From Lingula anatina (Eukaryota; Animalia; Brachiopoda), in assembly GCA_051362555.1 (NCBI GenBank), contig CM120640.1, forward strand, positions 38,790,788 through 38,854,787: a DNA stretch of 64,000 nucleotides. The letters are read 5' to 3'. This document shows positions 36,773 through 51,000 of the stretch, one piece after another. Both the position numbers and the translations under genes were made by a program. The notes beneath the pieces were generated by a model, which was not told where the DNA came from, searched no databases, and saw only the letters and a list, made by a program, of their open reading frames with translations. Every line of letters starts with the position of its first letter. Within the stretch, counting starts at the first letter, position 1.

Positions 36773-38755
36773 TTAGTCCTGCTGGCCCTTTGTCCCTTGA
36801 ACTTTGGGAAGTTGCTGCTCGTCCGGTCTTCCACCTGAAAATGCACAAAAAGGATGTAACGTGCTGTCTATGTTAATTCATTTCGCTGCATACTTTGTTG
36901 ATATTTTGGCTAATAATTTACTTTGTGATAACTTTTAGTTGACCTAAAAACTACCTTCATCTTCCTCTTCTTCGCCACATTCCCACAAAGTAGATATACT
37001 TGGCGTCACAGAGCACCTACGCCTCGTCCTGAGACGAAAAAAAATGCGTAAGATAACTTGATAAATTAATACGCCATAATTTCAATAATGGATCCCAAAA
37101 ACTGTTTAGTGTCAAATGACTGTCATTTTGTCGAAAGTGCCCATCAGAAATATTAAAATCTAAGTTATCAATTTAATGCGCTCTTTCGTTTCCACGTTGC
37201 ATATAACATAAGCACATTAAAGATTAAGACAATGGAATGAAAAGCGTACAAACAACCCTTCATGGGAAATGCAAGACCCCTTTTTTAAAGATATCTCCGT
37301 AAATGGTGATTCTCCTGTTTTGCAATTTTATTTCCCTACAATCATGCTCCAATGCAGTCGTTGGTAAATCTCAATTAGTTTAGTTTAGGTTTTCAGGGTT
37401 AAGATATTCCATTGAATCCGAATGTTCTCATAAAAAATCCCAGTCAAAGCTAAATAAAATGAACGCATTTATGCAGCAGAATGAGAAATTCAGCTAAGAT
37501 GAGGTCAATGGCCACGTATTTGATTAATTTCTTATGGAAAAATCAGCCCAACAAAAAGTTTAGTTATTTGCTGTCATATCATGCACGCAGTTGTTTCAAG
37601 CAGCATAACAAATAATAATAATAAATAATAATAAAATTTAGAAAAACAACAAAAGTGGAATTCATCTACTTATATTTGTGGATGGTACGCAATAGCAATG
37701 CACCTCTCACATCAGTATTGAGTAGCTTCTCTAATGCAATATTGGACGTCTTTTTTTGTCAAATCAGTTGTTTTAAGATATTTTATGTTTCATTATAACA
37801 ACAAAATTTTGATAGCTTTCCTTTATTGCCGAAGGTCAAGGTTCATTTAATTTCAGATTTTCGGCCATAAAATTTAAATGTTTCAAACATGGCGTGTTTA
37901 TGACAATTAATGCAAAACTTGTTTTGTTTAGACAAATGATTGGCCTTCTTGCGATGGAACCAAAGCTTACTTTATCCACTTTTTCGGCATTTTCTAGCAT
38001 AATATATAGCATTAATTAGCTACGCTACCAGTTTTGATGCTTTGAAACAATATTTGCTATGTCAAAGACAAGAAAGAGCCATTTCATATCAAAAGAAAGC
38101 AAGTCTAATGATGAAGTAGCATTTCTAATGCTTTTTTTTTATTCAAAAGAAATGTATATATGCCATATTTAATACTGCATTACTTGCAAATAAAATCTTC
38201 AGTTGAGATCATGCACCAAAACTCCTGTACCGAACGATGACAGTGAACTTAGTGATATACTAGCAATTATTCTCTCCGAAAACACTTACAGTGTCTCGAA
38301 CAAATAGAAAAGGGGCGGTTGGCAATTGGCAATAGAAAGGCATCTTAATTCATAACAACCTGAACAAAGTAGGGAATCGCCTTAATTATATCATAAAGTA
38401 TCTGTCTTTTAATTTCAGTTTGACCTTACATACGTGTAGACCCATATTCAAAACTACTATAAACGCTCGTCAGGTGAACGCAGCTTTAAGCATAAAATGA
38501 GAGCATTGAGGTCTTTAAAAAGCATGGAGAAACAGCAGACAAATAAATTATTCTGTCAATGCCCTTCCCCAATTTACAACATTGATATCTATTTTACCTG
38601 CATTTGTCGTGAAAAATTTCACTACTCGACTTTCTAATGTTTGGTGATGTTGTCCTTTCCTCCTGAGCATTGATGATGTTGATACTGGGCATAGGCTTAC
38701 TTGTATCTACAGTTTTCACATCATTGCAGCAGCAGCAACAAAAAACATTTTTCAT
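36773..38755 (-). CDS. Putative 97-aa Cys-string microprotein, 3 exons
   Basis: Exons 38755-38598, 37028-36955, 36834-36773. GT-AG sites with polypyrimidine acceptors, phases 2/2 and 1/1 match, in-frame upstream TAA, A at -3, AATAAA ~60 nt after the stop. MKNVFCCCCCNDVKTVDTSKPMPSINIINAQEERTTSPNIRKSSSEIFHDKCRTRRRCSVTPSISTLWECGEEEEDEGGRPDEQQLPKVQGTKGQQD. Confidence 0.72.
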
Positions 38756-38842
38756 TATTTCTTAACCCTTTTTTTTTACATCATGATAATTATTTCATAA
38801 CCATCACCCAAACTTAATATCACTATGGTTCCCGTTGTATTG

Positions 38843-38952
38843 TGACGTCAACATAAATTTATGGCGTAAGCATGAGCATTATAAATTTAATACACGTTCA
38901 ACAGCTAACAACAAAGCATGTGCCATAAACAAGTTCTGCACAATGTGACGTC
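38843..38952. promoter_or_regulatory. CRE sites between the microprotein and the GPCR
   Basis: Full TGACGTCA at 38843-38850 and TGACGTC at 38946-38952. Confidence 0.5.
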
Positions 38953-39542
38953 CCACATCTAAAGTCAAAATTGAAAGAAAAAAAAAAAAACAAAACCAAA
39001 AATTTGTTGGAAAAATTCAAAGGAAAGAAGAAGCAAGCTCTCCACTATCGAGGTGTATTTTGCATATTTGATTAATTCTTTATGAAATATGTTAAATGAA
39101 TAAATTATATCTATTTAACTGAATATAGGTCGAAGTAAAACTAAAAAAAAAGACGCATTTTTATTAACATTAACATCAAACATCCATTCTGTGATGTTTA
39201 GCATATCAATAAGAACAGGCTACATCCTATTTTTTACAGTCAAGGTAATGCAATCGGTAAATATAACCTACTATAGCCTACATGTTTATTTGAGAAAGAC
39301 AACGCTGCACTGCTGACACTGCATCATTACTTATCCTTTGTGATCCAAATAACAGCACTGAATATCAAACTGCCATCGTTGTCACGCAAAAGAAGTGGTA
39401 TTGGTTGTCTGAAACTAATTTAAAGCCAAGCAAGCTGATTCGCCCAGCAGAAGGAAGCTACTACTCTGACTGCACGGTATATAGGCCTACAATTACGCTA
39501 TAATGACTATATCCAGAGAGTGAAAATTGGGTTGGCAACGTG

Positions 39543-42500
39543 ATGGATGTTTCCCGATTGCCTAACGCAACAATTACGGACCAGATGAGTTTTGGTTTTA
39601 AATCTGACAACTCCAGTGGTAGGAAGATCGTAATGGTCAAAGAAAATGTTGACACTGAAAATTTCCAGTGGAAGGTTGACCTCCCGTTTACAGTGCTCCT
39701 GTATATCATATTGGTTGTAGGTGAGTCCTGCTATTTACAGTTTAAAAAATTACCCGTTTTTAAGATGCAAATGGAAAGAATTTGAGCAAATAAGTAATGC
39801 AGCATTTAGTTTTATATAAAGTAAATTTAGCGTGGTTGGTATTTAATATGACGATGTCTTGACACTTTTAAGAAATTTCTGGTCCAAATAAAGTCAAGCC
39901 CTGAAAGTAAAAATAAGTAATGCATAAAAGCAGCAGATTCTTTTTGTTAATTTAGCATTTGTGACGACCCGATATGTCCGACAGGCCAGATATGTTCTAC
40001 GACCAGAGAAGGCCAGATATGTCCGACAAAAAAGAGCCAGATGTTTCCGACAGGACAGATATGTCGGACCCAACTGGCTCTTTTTTTGTCGGACATATCT
40101 GGCCTGTTCTCTGGTCGTAGGACATATCTGGCCTGTCGGACATATCGGGTCGTCACAAATGTATCAATAACAGTAGTAAACGTGAAGTTCTTTCTTGTCA
40201 TTTGTTTGTAGAAATTAAAGCTTTTATGCGATCTGGAGAAATGATACCCGAAGCCCTTATTTAGACTTTTCTTTGGCTTTGCTATGAATCAAACGTTACT
40301 AATATTACAATTCAATCGCAAAAGACAGGTCGTCTCTTTGCCATATAGATTGTATATGGATATACTAGTAAAAAGAGACAAATATGGATACACTGTAGTA
40401 AAAAGAGACAAATATGCAAACAGTAGTAACTTAAGGCCATGGCAAAGCAGGTAAAGGTTAACACGCACTGTGGATCTAATTTGGTCCGTATGAAAAAATC
40501 CATTTACATATATCTTTTAATGTCAAAAATATCTGCTAACGGCACGTTATATTATTCTAACTTGTACGTTACGCCAGCTAGTATCTCAAACCTTAACTTA
40601 CAACCGGTAAATATCAAAACTAATAACTTAATGCCATGGCACAACACCCGTAGAAACAAAATATGACAAAACACTCAAGAATAGTCAACTGAAATGACAT
40701 CTAGAATGGTGACATCGTGTTTTCGGGATTTTTGCGATTTCAGCCTCAATTTCAACAGTTAAAACCCAAGATATTTTAAGCATTACTATAGCTTTTGAAA
40801 AAATTGTGCTGGATAAAAGAAATTGATTACCTACTCTATTTTTTGAGTCGTGGTGCGTGGCCCTTAATTTCAATGCTTTTATCACTACTTTTGAAACTCA
40901 ATTGTTGATGAAGAATGGACCTTACTTGGTGCAATTACAGTGTTTTTGTTTCATTTTCATCAATCTAAAATCATTATAAATGATAATCATTATTCTTAAA
41001 ATAAATGAAGTTCAGCCGTAAAATAGTTATCAATCACAAAACTCGCTTTATTTTGGTACGAAATATGTACCCTTCTTGCTTTCATTGTATCACTTTTCTT
41101 ACCTGCGGTACAGCCAAGAAAGCCGAGACCTACAGGTCATAGAATTAATTTTGTCTTGCAATTTCCGCTGCGTGTTCTTCATGTATTAGGTCTGCACCCT
41201 AAAAATGTTGTGATTGAAATTTAAGCTTCCGATAATTTCATTTAAAAGACAACCCGTAAAAGCAAGTATATATAAAGATGAAAAATAAAAACATCAATAC
41301 CAGTATTTCAAAATTTTAGAATTCGAACTGATACGATCAGTGCAACAGTTGGTTACAACTCGTAGGTTGAGAATAGGGAGAATCACTTTATTATGACATA
41401 GATGTTATGGCTGAGGCGCCGCTTGGGTTGGTTTTTATTCATCGCTTTTGCCACTTCATTTTCCTTTCCGCTAAAATGCCACAAACAGTATTACATTTCT
41501 ACTGATTATCGAATGTGTGGCAGTCTCTTTTTTCATAATGTCAGTCAGTTTTTACCTTACGCAATCACGCTTTCTTTCTTTCTTTTTTTCTTTGCTTCGA
41601 CGATTTGGCAACAGAACATGATTTTGTCTTCATATGTTTTGGTGGAGAAACCTAGAAAGGGTTAAATGTCTGTTCTTTCCATATTCTAAATGTTATTTAA
41701 ACAGACGTTTTTTTTTTTTTTTTTTTTTTTTGTGGTTTTCAAACGCCTGTTTAAATCAAACTCTTTATTACTCGAATTTACAAATTTTATTTTTGTGGTT
41801 GCCATTTTGAGAAAATACAGGTAATAGTGCATAATGCAATGGATGAATTTACAACCACGTACATTATACTATCCTCAGCAGCTTTTCGTGACGTTAAGTT
41901 TCGCATGACTACTACTAATTAATATGTGCGACAATTAATTACTAAAGAAAATTGTAGATTATTAAAAAGAACATTAAAAAAAATTGAATCACTTAAACAT
42001 AATGATATATCCGTTTGAAATTTACCAACCAATTCTAAAGTTCAAAATATCATGTAACTGAATAATGGATTATCAAGATCATTTGGCCTACTCACCTATC
42101 CAAACAATTTACAGTCTTCAGGCATTTTTATTCTATACCGAAATTTGAGAGAGTACTGCAGTTTACTAGTGGAGATATAATGAAAAGACCAACGTAAGAT
42201 TTCCAACAATGGCCTTGGAATCAATAAATGCTGAGGGCGAAATATTGACAGCAACGTTCAATTAATCGCATCATACAGAAGATTATCCACTTAATGACAA
42301 ATATCATCTAGTCGTGATTTTGCAATGCATTTTCAACCTTTAAACAAAAAAAATACGTTTGCGTATTCTTTATATTTATACACGTTTATCAGATGATGTG
42401 ACAGCTCATCATCACCATCAAACTCCCTGTTTTGTTGGGAAAATCAAATCATCGAAAAAAGTGTAACTTAATGTACCTGTTGCTGCAACTTAGCTCATAT

Positions 42501-43511
42501 ATTCTTTACAAATACAAGCGCTATTGAATCTAAAGGTGCTGTTTTGATTGCTTTTCTACAGCCAATCGGTTGGTAGCATGAGCAGGGGCGGATCCAGGAT
42601 TATATGAAGGGGGGGTCCAGAACGACAGGCCTCGGATGCGATGCCGACCATATCCCCCTATGCGTTGGGTTCGGGGCCTGCTTAAGGGCCCCAAAATCCT
42701 TTTCGAGGGCAAACGGTGCCCTTTGGTACGGATTAGAATGATTCAGCCAGTCAAAACTCTAATTTCAAGAGGAGTATATTGGCGTGATATATTTTTTAAA
42801 AACCAAAGGAGGGTCAGGACCCACCTGATCCCCCTCCCCCTTTAAAATTGCCACTGATGATCGTTTTGTTTAAGCGCAGTTACAACTTAACTTAAGTTTG
42901 AACTCATATTGAAATGCCATGTTTAATTGTTACTAAATGATTTTGCCAAAAATCGAAGTGTTGTGTACCTTTCGACCAGCATTACATATATACGCATGTA
43001 TCAATCGTCTGATATTTTAAAGCATCAGTTATTTTATCCATCATTGCGTTTATCCATGTTGTTTCCAAATAAAAAATTCCTGCTACACAACTTGTCTTTT
43101 GTCTACAAAAATCCACTAAAATGGGGTGAAATTGGTTTTCCCCAGTCTATTGTGTACTGATGTTAAAAAAGAAAATCGTCTCCAAAAAGTCGAATTGTGT
43201 TTTACATTACACCACGACGAGTCGGTCATGTTATCCAAGCTCGAAACCTCATGCCTCATCGGTAAAAATATGTTCGGTCTTTTTATAAACTATTTTCTTT
43301 TCTTACCGCCTTTTAGATTGAAATAAAGAATGGAACGATGGTTATCTATAACATCATAACGTGCGTTTTAAGACTAATTTATACTACATCACAAACACAT
43401 TTTTATAGATAAGATTATAACCCGATCATGAAACAATGAAATTTAGCATGAGTCTAATTTTGATTTGGAACGTTTTGATAAATTGCTTTTTTTAAAAGAA
43501 AATCAAATAAA

Positions 43512-43588
<77 letters not shown>

Positions 43589-46500
43589 TCATTATCTATT
43601 CAAATAAAATTTATCCTACATTTCCCTGTCTTATCTGTTGTTTGCGGACCCAAGATTATATCTGTCAGTTAGTTGCCTGTTCGCAAGGTTTTACGCTACT
43701 AGTCGAAAAATTGTCAGAAATAAGACACAAGAGACTTTTTAACGCGACACTTTCGGACGCTTGGATGAGAATTATCTACTGACTTATATAACATTCTCTT
43801 AAACGAATACCAATGCGTTAATTAAGTCGCTAAATATATACACATTTCCACTGTCAGTAATTTGCAACATATGAAACATGATAGAATTTCCCTTCCTAAT
43901 TTATGTAACCTCAGGTGTCCATTCCACTTGTTAATTTGCGCACCCTGAAACACTTCTTTGCTTTTAATCTACATTTAATCAACTAGGCACTTTTTAACAG
44001 ACAAGAAATTACTTGCAGACTGTGAAATGTGATTGCGTTTAAGTTTATATTACTCATTCATGTATTTGTCGTTTAATTCTTGGTTGACTCTAGGACATGC
44101 GGTTTCGTATGTCCTAGCTAGCTTTTCGTACTATTGGACCCATACCACCAAACAAGATCTGGTTTCTCTGAACCAAGGAACAATTCTTTGGCTGAACTTG
44201 TTATCATCTTTTCTTAAGCAGCAAATTTACACACCCGGCAGGCAGTTGATGTGAATCGTTTCAAATGATTTTCAACAATATAGGCTACTGCCATTGCCAG
44301 ATTAGTTCCGTGCATTTTGGTCTTCTGTTCTCCTTGGTCTTTTAAAAACAAAAGACCTCATCACATTGTTAGACCAGGGCCGTTAGCTGAGAAAAATGCT
44401 TGGGGGCAGCTGTTGAGGGCCAACCATACATGCAAGCAGGTTATTTGTACCACCTGTGACACTCATCTAGACATTTCCTAAAAAAATTGAAATACTTTTT
44501 ATTTTGATCTAGGACGCAATATTCGAATATTACGTCCTAGTTTTGATAGATCGGAAGAAACGGAAGGGATTTGTGGGAATCCCCCCCCCTCCCCTCCCCA
44601 AATCTATTTTAAAGGCCTTTTTGCAACAATACGAAATTCCTTCATATTTTGGTTACACCATATTTCAGTATTCTTGTCAATCATTGCAGATTACCAATTT
44701 GATTTCTGTATTATATTATATTATATTATATTATATTATATTATATTATATTATATTAATGCATTTAAACAAACGCCCTTCCAGGATTTTTTTGCAATTT
44801 GATGGCAGTGATTGTCCTGACCAAGAACAGAAAGAAAGCAAAGTTGCCACCAGACATTCTCGTATTGGCTCTCGCTTGGGTTGATTTCACGGCTATTGTT
44901 GGGTACACTCTTCGCGGGATGACATCCAAAATGATTAAAACGTATTTGGGTAGGTCCGTTTGTTAACCATAATTCCTTCAGCATATCATGTACAAAGGCA
45001 TTAAAATAGACTCTTTTTTTCAAGAAAGTGGATTAGAGGAAGAATTTTCACAAGTAGAGGCATACCGGCTCGTTATTTTGTGGAAGTACACTGAACACTT
45101 GAGCAAGAAAGATGTCGTGTCCACGTAAAACATAGCCTTCTTCAAAAGATCGTATAAAAATTTTACTTTCGATTTTTAGTTTAAATATTGACTGTTACTT
45201 TTAATATTGCAGGTTTCACTTCATATTGCCAGATAATGGGTGTTACCAACACCCTATTTACGAATTCTACGGGTGTTATCTGTGCTTTAATGGCTGTAGA
45301 CAGATATTTGGCTTTGGTCAGGCCATACTTTTATGCTGCAAAGATCACGCCAAGAGTGGCAAAAGTATCCATCCTTGTATGCACCTTCACGATGTTCTTA
45401 GTCAGCTTATGCCCCGTGTTCGGTTGGAGCAGCTATTACATCTCAGATCCATATTCCGAAGAAGGCATCAGTTGTCTCTACGCCTTGGTATTCAGCAACA
45501 CACCGGGTGACATCTCTTACTTCGCTCTGTACATGATATTGAATGCAGCGTTGGTTGGAACCATGGTTATCGCCAATAGTGCCGTGATCAAAGAACTAAT
45601 TAAGATGAAACGCACTGTGGCGCCCACAGAACAGCAGAAGAAAGAGGTAAGGGTTTACATGCAATACATATGTTTACTGCGTGCTGCCTTTAGCGTTTTC
45701 GAGGATGTTTCCTTTTAATAACATGGGTTCGTTTTGAATGCGCGTTATGCTAATTGAACATCAACCAAAGCCTTTCAATTGCGTGTTACTAATTAGTAGT
45801 AAAAAACTCGTTTAATGCTAATCGAACTGAATAACCCTGCACAGATAAACTGACGTATAAAACATCAAAAACATATATAAAGTACAACAAATCTGCATGT
45901 TTGTACTAGTTTCTACAAGGAAGAAATAAACCAGACACTGGGACGAGAAATATAGGTTTTGATTATTATTTAGTATTATTTCTGTACTGGTAAATAGATA
46001 ACCATGACCTTGTAGAATATAAATATAATAATATTCTCTAGTTGGTAATTGAGTTGCCAGTTTGTGACTGAACAAATATATATCTTTATATAATGAACAG
46101 ATGTACGAATTAATTTACTAATAAAATATTCTAGCTTGGCGGTGAGATACAACTTCTTGGTGTGATTATAAATTAACCATAAACACAAATCGTGAAACAT
46201 ATGGCCAGGATCATGTTTCACAATATGAGGTGATGCAAATTTACAAGGGAGGAAGAACTATAATTACATAAGAAATAGATCAGTAAATAACACAGTTACA
46301 CAGATATAAATATTATGGCTCTTGACCATGTGCCATGTTTAGCATATTTAGTAAAAGCACCACTTCAGTAAATTGTGATGATCTGTGCCCTGGTATTATT
46401 ATTATTATTGTTATTTTTGTTATTTCAGCTAAAACAGGAGAAAGCATTTGCGCATTTTCTTGGTGTCATCGCCGCTGCCTTTATAGTTTGCTGGGTGCCG

Positions 46501-46985
46501 TTTATAGTAAGTTTCTTTTGATATCATCTTTCAAGTATACAGAAACATAATAAGCACAATCATGCTTTGTCAATACAAACAATATAACATATTAGGACTA
46601 ATTTGTATATCTCAAATAATCCGTTTCTCCCATTTCTTTCCTTAAAATAGCTCTATCGATAGCACCGATTTATTATAACAATATATGTCCTCATCAATGT
46701 AATGTAAGGTAACGCCTGATTATGTCTTATTATTATTATTATTATTATTATTTTATTATTTTTAATATCCAGGCCACATCTATCCATCAAAAAGTTACGG
46801 GTATAGTAAATTCTGATCTACTCTTCAGTTCTACCATATTAGTAATTGTCAACCATGCTGTGGACCCCATAATATACGTAGTGATGAGAGCAGACTTTCG
46901 ACGTCAGCTGAAAAAGGGTTGCAGATGTTGTTGTTTGATGGAAGAGGCAGATATGGCTACGTCGGATAACAGGGAAAGCTCTTGA
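39543..46985 (+). CDS. Class A GPCR, prostanoid (EP-type) receptor-like, 355 aa, 5 exons
   Basis: Exons 39543-39720, 44785-44949, 45213-45646, 46429-46506, 46773-46985 join in frame. TM1 Asn (GFFCNL), LAWVD, MAVDRYLALVRPYFY, CPVFGWSSY, CWVPF, and TM7 NHAVDPIIY (DPxxY is typical of prostanoid receptors). Confidence 0.88.
39957..40160. mobile_element. 204-bp palindromic MITE with internal CCAGATATGTCCGAC subrepeats
   Basis: ATTTGTGACGACCCGATATGTCCG ... CGGACATATCGGGTCGTCACAAAT; almost entirely self-complementary. Confidence 0.85.
42583..42856. mobile_element. 274-bp MITE related to 34155-34426 (inverted)
   Basis: ATGAG|CAGGGGCGGATCCAGG ... GCCACTG|ATGAT (5-bp TSD with one mismatch). Confidence 0.7.
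43515..43586. repeat. (TA)n microsatellite
   Basis: Direct reading; a (TTATA)n tract also lies at ~44710-44757. Confidence 0.95.
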
Positions 46986-47016
46986 TTTAATCGATATGTG
47001 GAAAGACTCAAGAGAA

Positions 47017-48000
47017 AACTTATTTGGTGATGATCTACATAACATCAGCAAAGTGTACATGTAAGTGTCAAGGTGTTGTCATCACAGCACTATATATCCG
47101 GTGGCGAACAAAAAATAGTAAACAAGTTTCTTAGTCTTAAACCTCTACTGGTAGCTGTTCATACAGAGTTTGGTGATGAACAGTTAAAAATGACATGTAT
47201 ACAAGATAATGTATGATGTGTGCATGTGTCAGGATGTGTTACCTGAACTTTTTTTTTTACAAGACACTAGCAGTCAATGACACCTTTTCAAAGATTCATC
47301 TGCACATTGTTTACAATTCATCAATCTATAAGATCCATTTAATATGTGGTATTCGTGAAGATCTGTTACTGGCAGAGAAGGGCCTCATTTGTTGGAGCTG
47401 CATGAAAAGGGCTGAGGATTTTCTCTGCCTGTTGATGCCTTAATGAAACCTCTTGCAGAGAATCCAGTTTTTTCTGAAGTTCATCATGCCTTGCTTGAAT
47501 AGAAGATAAACTTATTTGGTGATGATCTACATAACATCAGCAAAGTGTACATGTAAGTGTCAAGGTGTTGTCATCACAGCACTATATATCCGGTGGCGAA
47601 CAAAAAATAGTAAACAAGTTTCCTAGTCTTAAACCTCTACTGGTAGCTGTTCATACAGAGTTTGGTGATGAACAGTTAAAAATGACATGTATACAAGATA
47701 ATGTATGATGTGTGCATGTGTCAGGATGTGTTACCTGAACTTTTTTTTTTACAAGACACTAGCAGTCAATGACACCTTTTCAAAGATTCATCTGCACATT
47801 GTTTACAATTCATCAATCTATAAGATCCATTTAATATGTGGTATTCGTGAAGATCTGTTACTGGCAGAGAAGGGCCTCATTTGTTGGAGCTGCATGAAAA
47901 GGGCTGAGGATTTTCTCTGCCTGTTGATGCCTTAATGAAACCTCTTGCAGAGAATCCAGTTTTTTCTGAAGTTCATCATGCCTTGCTTGGATAGAAGATA
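47017..48000. repeat. 492-bp near-identical tandem duplication
   Basis: Identical ORFs at 47213 and 47705; a few differences are visible (TTCTTAG/TTCCTAG, T-run length, GAATAG/GGATAG). Confidence 0.95.
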
Positions 48001-51000
48001 ACCGTTTCTTGTATCGATCCATCACCTGGGTAAATAAAAAATATAATGATATTAATTTGATTAAAAACAATAACTGGATAGACAAGTATATGTCGAAGCA
48101 ACTGATATTTACAATCAAACCCCTTTCTGGCTGTGTGTTCTGCTACTGTTACAAGATGATGAACAGATCTTAGCAAAATGAATATAATCAAGGCAAACTT
48201 GCATTATTGATTTATATCTATTATCCTGTATGATAGTTGTGGTCTCATTAATTAATGTAAATATCCAGAACAAATCTGAAAAAGAATTTAATCACAAGCT
48301 CAAATATTTTATGGAATGGAGCAATAGATAATGTACACTAACCAAACAAAAGCAATATAAGAAATGTTACTTCAGGCATAAAAATTCATGATGGTGCTAT
48401 AGGTATGTCAATATTTACAAGCTGAAAAATCAAAACAGCAGTCTTCAAAATATTAATTTGCCATGTTTTCACTGTTGCCTTAAGCAATATACATATACAC
48501 TGATTGATAGTTTATATTTGTCTTCTGTATTGTAATGTGTGGCCAGACGTCCAGAGGAGATAAACAATAATAATAATAATAACTCAAAAAGAATTTTCAT
48601 GGGCTTTCAATAATTTGAGAGAGCATTTCTACCAACATAATTATAACTTGCAAAACAGAGTAAAAGATTCTTAAAGGACTCTTTTGCAGATCATAGCTTC
48701 TGACAAGTTGATGGTATTATGTATTTCTTTCTTTTTTTCTATCAATAGTTTGAGTAATAAACTCACATCCTTTTATGTTATTGTGTTAATTTATTTGCAA
48801 TCTGACAATTGATTTGACCTGATAAAGAACTTTTCATATCATTCATGTGGAGAGCTGAACACGCAGGTGTGCAAATGACATTTCAAGATGTGTACGGCTT
48901 CACTGACAATGACAGAAAACTGTAGAAGATGGCTTAAGACCTTAGGAAAATACTAGTAAGCTGATCAAGTTTTTTTTTCTATTTTCCCCTTATCCTTGTT
49001 TGTTATCTTTTTAGGCCAGACAAAATTGATAAAATGTTGAAAGCCCCCCGCACACGGTGAGCAATTGGCGCGCGCCACTTGCGCTGCGCCAGATGCTCGC
49101 GCTCCTCAGCTCCCCACAAACAATGCGCTCTTTGCTCAGCAGAGATGCCTCTCGGCCTGCCCCTATCGGATGCACCGCGAACTGTGGGATCATGTGATTA
49201 AGGAAGCATTATATATTACTTTTTTTTTCTGAAAGTAATGGCAAATGGTGACCACGTTCATCAATCAGACTAACTATAACTGTGTACATTTTTGTTTACT
49301 TCGCTGGGGGCTGCCATTTTTCTTTGTTTCCGGCTAACGGCACTGAGACATTTGCCTCAAGAGACCAAAAATATCAAACACGTGAGATATTTTGCTCATC
49401 CGCGCGAGAGGCAAAAATCTCACCACAATACCCCCGCACACGATGAGAAAACGGCGCAGCGCAAGTGGCGCGCGCCAAATGCTCACCTTGTGCGGGCCCC
49501 TTAATGAGCAGGAACTCTCTGTAAGCAAGGTTGGTAGATGAAATTCATTTTTGTTTTTCAAACCTAAGATTTTGGTGCTTTTTCTTTTCAATTTTAATTT
49601 GGTGTGGAGGATATCAGATCCACAGTGTGAGTAATTTTGGAACACAAAAACAACATTATTTAAGTTTTCTCTGGGTTCAATCGTAAATTTCTCCTGCTCA
49701 CCAAACTATTAAAAATGCATTCTTTGAAATTTGGAAAAAAAAATTAATTAAATAAATAAGACAGAAGGTCAATGATTTTGTTATGTTCTGATTCATGTGT
49801 GGGTATTCATACTTCTCCAACCACATGCATCCCCAATCCTAGTCCTACACATCCTGCAGCAGTGGCACCAAGTCCAATTTTCTCATTTGTTGTTAGCTTG
49901 TCAGACTTAGTCCATAAACCTACAACAGCCAATACACCTGTAAAGACAGCAAATATACGATGCATTTCAACATCCTAGAAGTAGTAATGACTCAATTATG
50001 TCAAAGCTGAATTGACTACATGCAATGTAAAAGTATAGCATATTATAACATATTTATAAATTAAATGTTACTAGTAATGATTTGTCAAATGATATTATAA
50101 TACTAATTTATTCAATTAGTGTTTAAAGATACATAAAAAGCAACATGGATTTCCATTAACACATATAAACCACTTCTATTAGTTTCTTAGACCCCATTCC
50201 CATAGATTTTAGATCGATCTATCCCTATGGGGAGTCTCACTAGATTACTATCAGCTTAGCCAGCTTAAGCGTCTGTCCCGCCTACTAAAAGCTGTAAGGG
50301 GGTAATTAACTATGGTGCGCGCTCGGCTAACTGCAATTTAGCGTGAACCCCCAGGGGGGTACGTCATTCTAAATCTAAATCTCTGGATCAATCTAAATCT
50401 TTGGGAATGCACCCTTATACGACCAAAATAAGGTCGACATGACATGTCATAAAGCAAATTAATCTTTTGTTCTGCCAAAAAATAGCTTACTAGTACATGG
50501 CTTGGAAGCTCATTCTGTAGTACAATAGTTGAATAGTTATAAGATGCCTTTTCGAATGATTTGACAGTGGGTAACTAAAATGAAATGGCACTGGATCTTC
50601 TGTTTATATTATGCCAATTTCTTACATGTATTTGTTCTAAACAGAAAGATAAATAGTTAGGACTATTACCCTGGGAGATGTTATATAGATGTTCCACAAT
50701 GTACAGCCATAATCAAAATGACATTGTACCCCTGTATCTGGGCAGGTACCAACATTTTTTGGTTTCCATGTCATAACTAGAGGATCAGAGAGGCGATACC
50801 GCCTCCGAATATTGTACCACCAGCTGGAGCAAGCGCATTCGTATAGACCCCCACATACACAAAATAAGGGACACAGCCACCAGTTTTGTGCTTGACAAGC
50901 TGTAAAAATGCAATCAACAAGAATTTTTAAACTATTGCAAAAAACATATATGGTACAATCAAATTTAAGTTCTTCGTAAGGTAGGTCAAGGGTCAATTTC

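Noticed and set aside
39947-40201. Mirror-image ORFs with RYVRQA repeats
   Set aside because: Product of a palindromic MITE.
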